Below, piece after piece: positions 61,604 through 64,000 of a DNA stretch of 64,000 bases. Under the pieces are notes generated by a model, which ran no database searches, had not been told where the DNA came from, and saw only the letters and a program-made list of their open reading frames with translations. Positions within the stretch are counted from its first letter, which is position 1. Each line of letters opens with the position of its first letter. Source of the stretch: Utricularia gibba (Eukaryota > Plantae > Magnoliophyta). The stretch spans positions 6,758,001 through 6,822,000 of the forward strand of contig CM007989.1 in the NCBI GenBank assembly GCA_002189035.1. The letters are read 5' to 3'. A program made the translations under genes and the position numbers.

Positions 61604-63821
61604 CTATGGTGCCATGACACCTTCCAGTGTGTGGTACAGAGAATCTGCCAAGTCGACTTTGAACAGAATAGCTTTCAGTGTTTGCATCACGTCATATGTT
61701 GGATCAAGCTTGCGCTGCCAACCCTGTAAAATGTACAGCACTTGCTAAACTGCATGATTTTTGTAGGCATGCACTCTGCTCTTCGAGACATTACTTACCT
61801 CTAACACCATGGTTGTGACAATTACAGCACAGATATTGCCATCTATGTTTACTTTGTGGCGCCGGACTTGCTCCAGCAATTGTTGCATGCAATCACTGGG
61901 ATGGACGAAGCCAGCTTCGATGGAGTTCCAAGCCTTAAAAGTTACGTCCACTTCCTAAATGATTCAAGTATGAGACTAAATTTTAAGAGGAGAGGAGAGG
62001 TTTCAAACCAACAAAATCAACCACCTTTATGAAAGCCTCTGGAGATGGACAGTTCTGATCATCGGATAACTTCAATGTGCATTCTGCTGCTGTTCTACCA
62101 TCACGGAGGGCCACCGCCTTGAAGAATTTCAGTAGATTGTTTCGGTCCTTTTTGGAAAGTTCAGCTGTCATCCCAACATCAAGTAGGATGATGCTTGGTT
62201 TTGAATTAAACAGGGGTTTTCCGGAACCTCTGTTCTTCAATTCTTTGACAAGGATGTTTCCTGGATGCAAGTCGGCATGAATGAAATTATCCACCTGAAA
62301 ATTGGAAACATTAAGTGCAACATATTCTTAAGGAACGAGGAAGTTGCTTCTGCCATTGTGATCATTCCAGTTCGTGAAAAAAACCTTGAGTCATATTCAA
62401 GACATGTAATGAAAGTGATCTATTCACGTACAACAAGAATTGTTGTATTATTATGAGCACAAGCACCTCCTCTGACAGTACTAAAAAATCTGGTAAATAA
62501 TCAAAACGTTACCAGAAGCATCTTCAGAAGTGTGGTAGTCCCAATATGAGCTAGTGCAGTTTTGACTTGGCCCTGCCCTTCAAATTTGTCAACATAATAG
62601 AGGATACTAGATCCGCTCTCATATGATTCAACCAAAACAGCAGGATGCACAAGGGGATAAATTGGCTTTGGAAACGATACATCTTTTGAGTGACGGAAAT
62701 TGTAGATGAAACGGCTCAAGTTAGCTGCTTCCCTAGCAAGGTCAACCTGTGACATCATAAAAACTGCAAACTGTTGTGCGCTTTCATCCAACCTTAACCA
62801 TTTCAAATTAGGGATGTATCTCGAATATTTTGCAAATAGATTAATGAGAACAAAATCTCTGTGGATTGCTTCTCTAACACCTGGATGTCTAACTTTAACT
62901 GCAACAATATGCTTCGCCTGCTGTCCATGATGTCTTGATCTTAGTGTAGCTTTATGAACTTGAGCTATGCTTCCTGATGCCACAGGTTCTTCTTCAAACT
63001 GGTCAAAAAGTTCACCAAGCTCATGCCCGAATGCTTTCTCAATTGTGCTTTTTGTATACGAGAAGCTATGAGCGGGTGCTTTAGAGTGAAGTTGGCAAAG
63101 CTCATTACAAAGATCCTTCGGGAACAGATCAGGCCTTGCTGCAGCCCATTGGCCCCATTTGATAAACGCAGGACCAGCTTTTTCTAATGTTACACGGACA
63201 CTACGTATCCATGACCTCCTGAACTCAATGCTCAGGGAATCAGCAAATGGAGCCATTAATATGCAAGGAGAAAACAAAAATGCCAGGTACAAGGCTCTCA
63301 CAATCAATCTCAAACCCTCGAGGATAGAATGCAAAACCCGCACCACATAAAACTGCTGATCGTTAGGATGTCTGTAGAATATATTCTTCGGAAAATAATC
63401 TGCCTGAGCATAAGTTCCTTCATTCCATGCTAGTTCTCCAATGATAAGAGCTAGAATGCCAGGTGCTACCAGGTGCGAACGAGTTAAAGAAAGGCTCACG
63501 GCACAAGCCATCCTACTTATCGGTGGCAAAGTTGGTTTGTTGTGACAATACATTTCAGAAAACCATCTCCAAACGGCTTTAACAGGATAAGAAAGTCTGT
63601 AACTTGTATACGAAACATGAATGGCCCTTAGTCCACTGTTTTTCAGTAACCCTTTAACATTACGTGACATATGTGAAGAACATCCTCCACCACGAACAAT
63701 GCAGTATGAGTGAAGGAATTTCGCAGAAGATGACGCCTGATTATGCATCATCTTATTGCAGAGACTCCTCCAATGTTTGGAGGACCGTGCCACCCGCCTC
63801 GAGCAGTCATTTGAAAAAAAC
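61604..63821 (-). CDS. ABC1/UbiB atypical kinase (5' exon probably outside the window)
   Basis: Exons 63821-62513, 62294-62025, 61954-61799, 61723-61604. GPAFIKWGQWAAARPDLFP, PVASGSIAQVH, VAVKVRHP, QVDLAREA, DNFIHADLHPGN, LDVG, GWQRKLDP. Confidence 0.92.
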
Positions 63822-64000
63822 CTGCACTTTACATAATGGTATTATATCTTAAATCCATATAAAAAGAAAATCTCAAAATTAGCACATTGGTGTCGACACA
63901 AATTCTCCGGCTCAATGCAACAATGACCATCAAATCCAGAAAATTATCTTAAGATAGATAAGATGTTCCCAGCAGCATGTAGTTTCGTTAAACTCAGGTA

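Noticed and set aside
1-64000. Most short ORFs in the supplied track (antisense or alternative-frame ORFs over real exons; GTG/TTG-started extensions such as 8534, 16917, 28320, 45593, 63793)
   Set aside because: They are explained by overlap with GC-rich exons or by intron read-through; spliced models account for the conserved motifs.
1-64000. CRISPR arrays, rRNA, intact tRNA, intact LTR/LINE elements, U12-type introns
   Set aside because: None seen: no repeat-spacer arrays, no complete cloverleaf, no RT/integrase motifs, and no RTATCCTT donor at any reconstructed junction.

Overview
Eukaryotic nuclear DNA from a gene-dense flowering-plant genome, probably a eudicot (inference from the WOX1/WOX6-clade gene and overall gene content). 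It has AT-rich spacers and mostly short introns; I found no prokaryotic features, CRISPR arrays, rRNA genes or intact tRNA genes. I reconstructed 17 protein-coding genes by hand-splicing: SDR/TIC32-like, Dof, ORM, PUX10-like, ENODL, DMP, WOX, CTNIP/SCREW-like peptide precursor, PHT1, CIP7-like, AG-peptide, NPF5, TOM9, DYW-PPR, G3BP/NTF2, AWPM-19 and an F-box gene. An ABC1 kinase is also present, with its first exon probably beyond the right edge. Main features absent from the ORF track: (1) a minor-spliceosome U11 snRNA gene with a USE+TATA promoter (27361-27563, minus); (2) a CTNIP/SCREW-like precursor with two tandem peptide modules and five upstream W-boxes; (3) a decayed eIF(iso)4E pseudogene whose exon-2 deletion carries templated filler DNA; (4) two GC-AG introns, one in frame inside the G3BP RRM; (5) five apparent frameshifts in three genes, each a one-base shortfall in a G/C homopolymer, most likely assembly errors. 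Family assignments come from recalled motifs, not database searches. Exon coordinates were counted by hand and may be off by a few bases.
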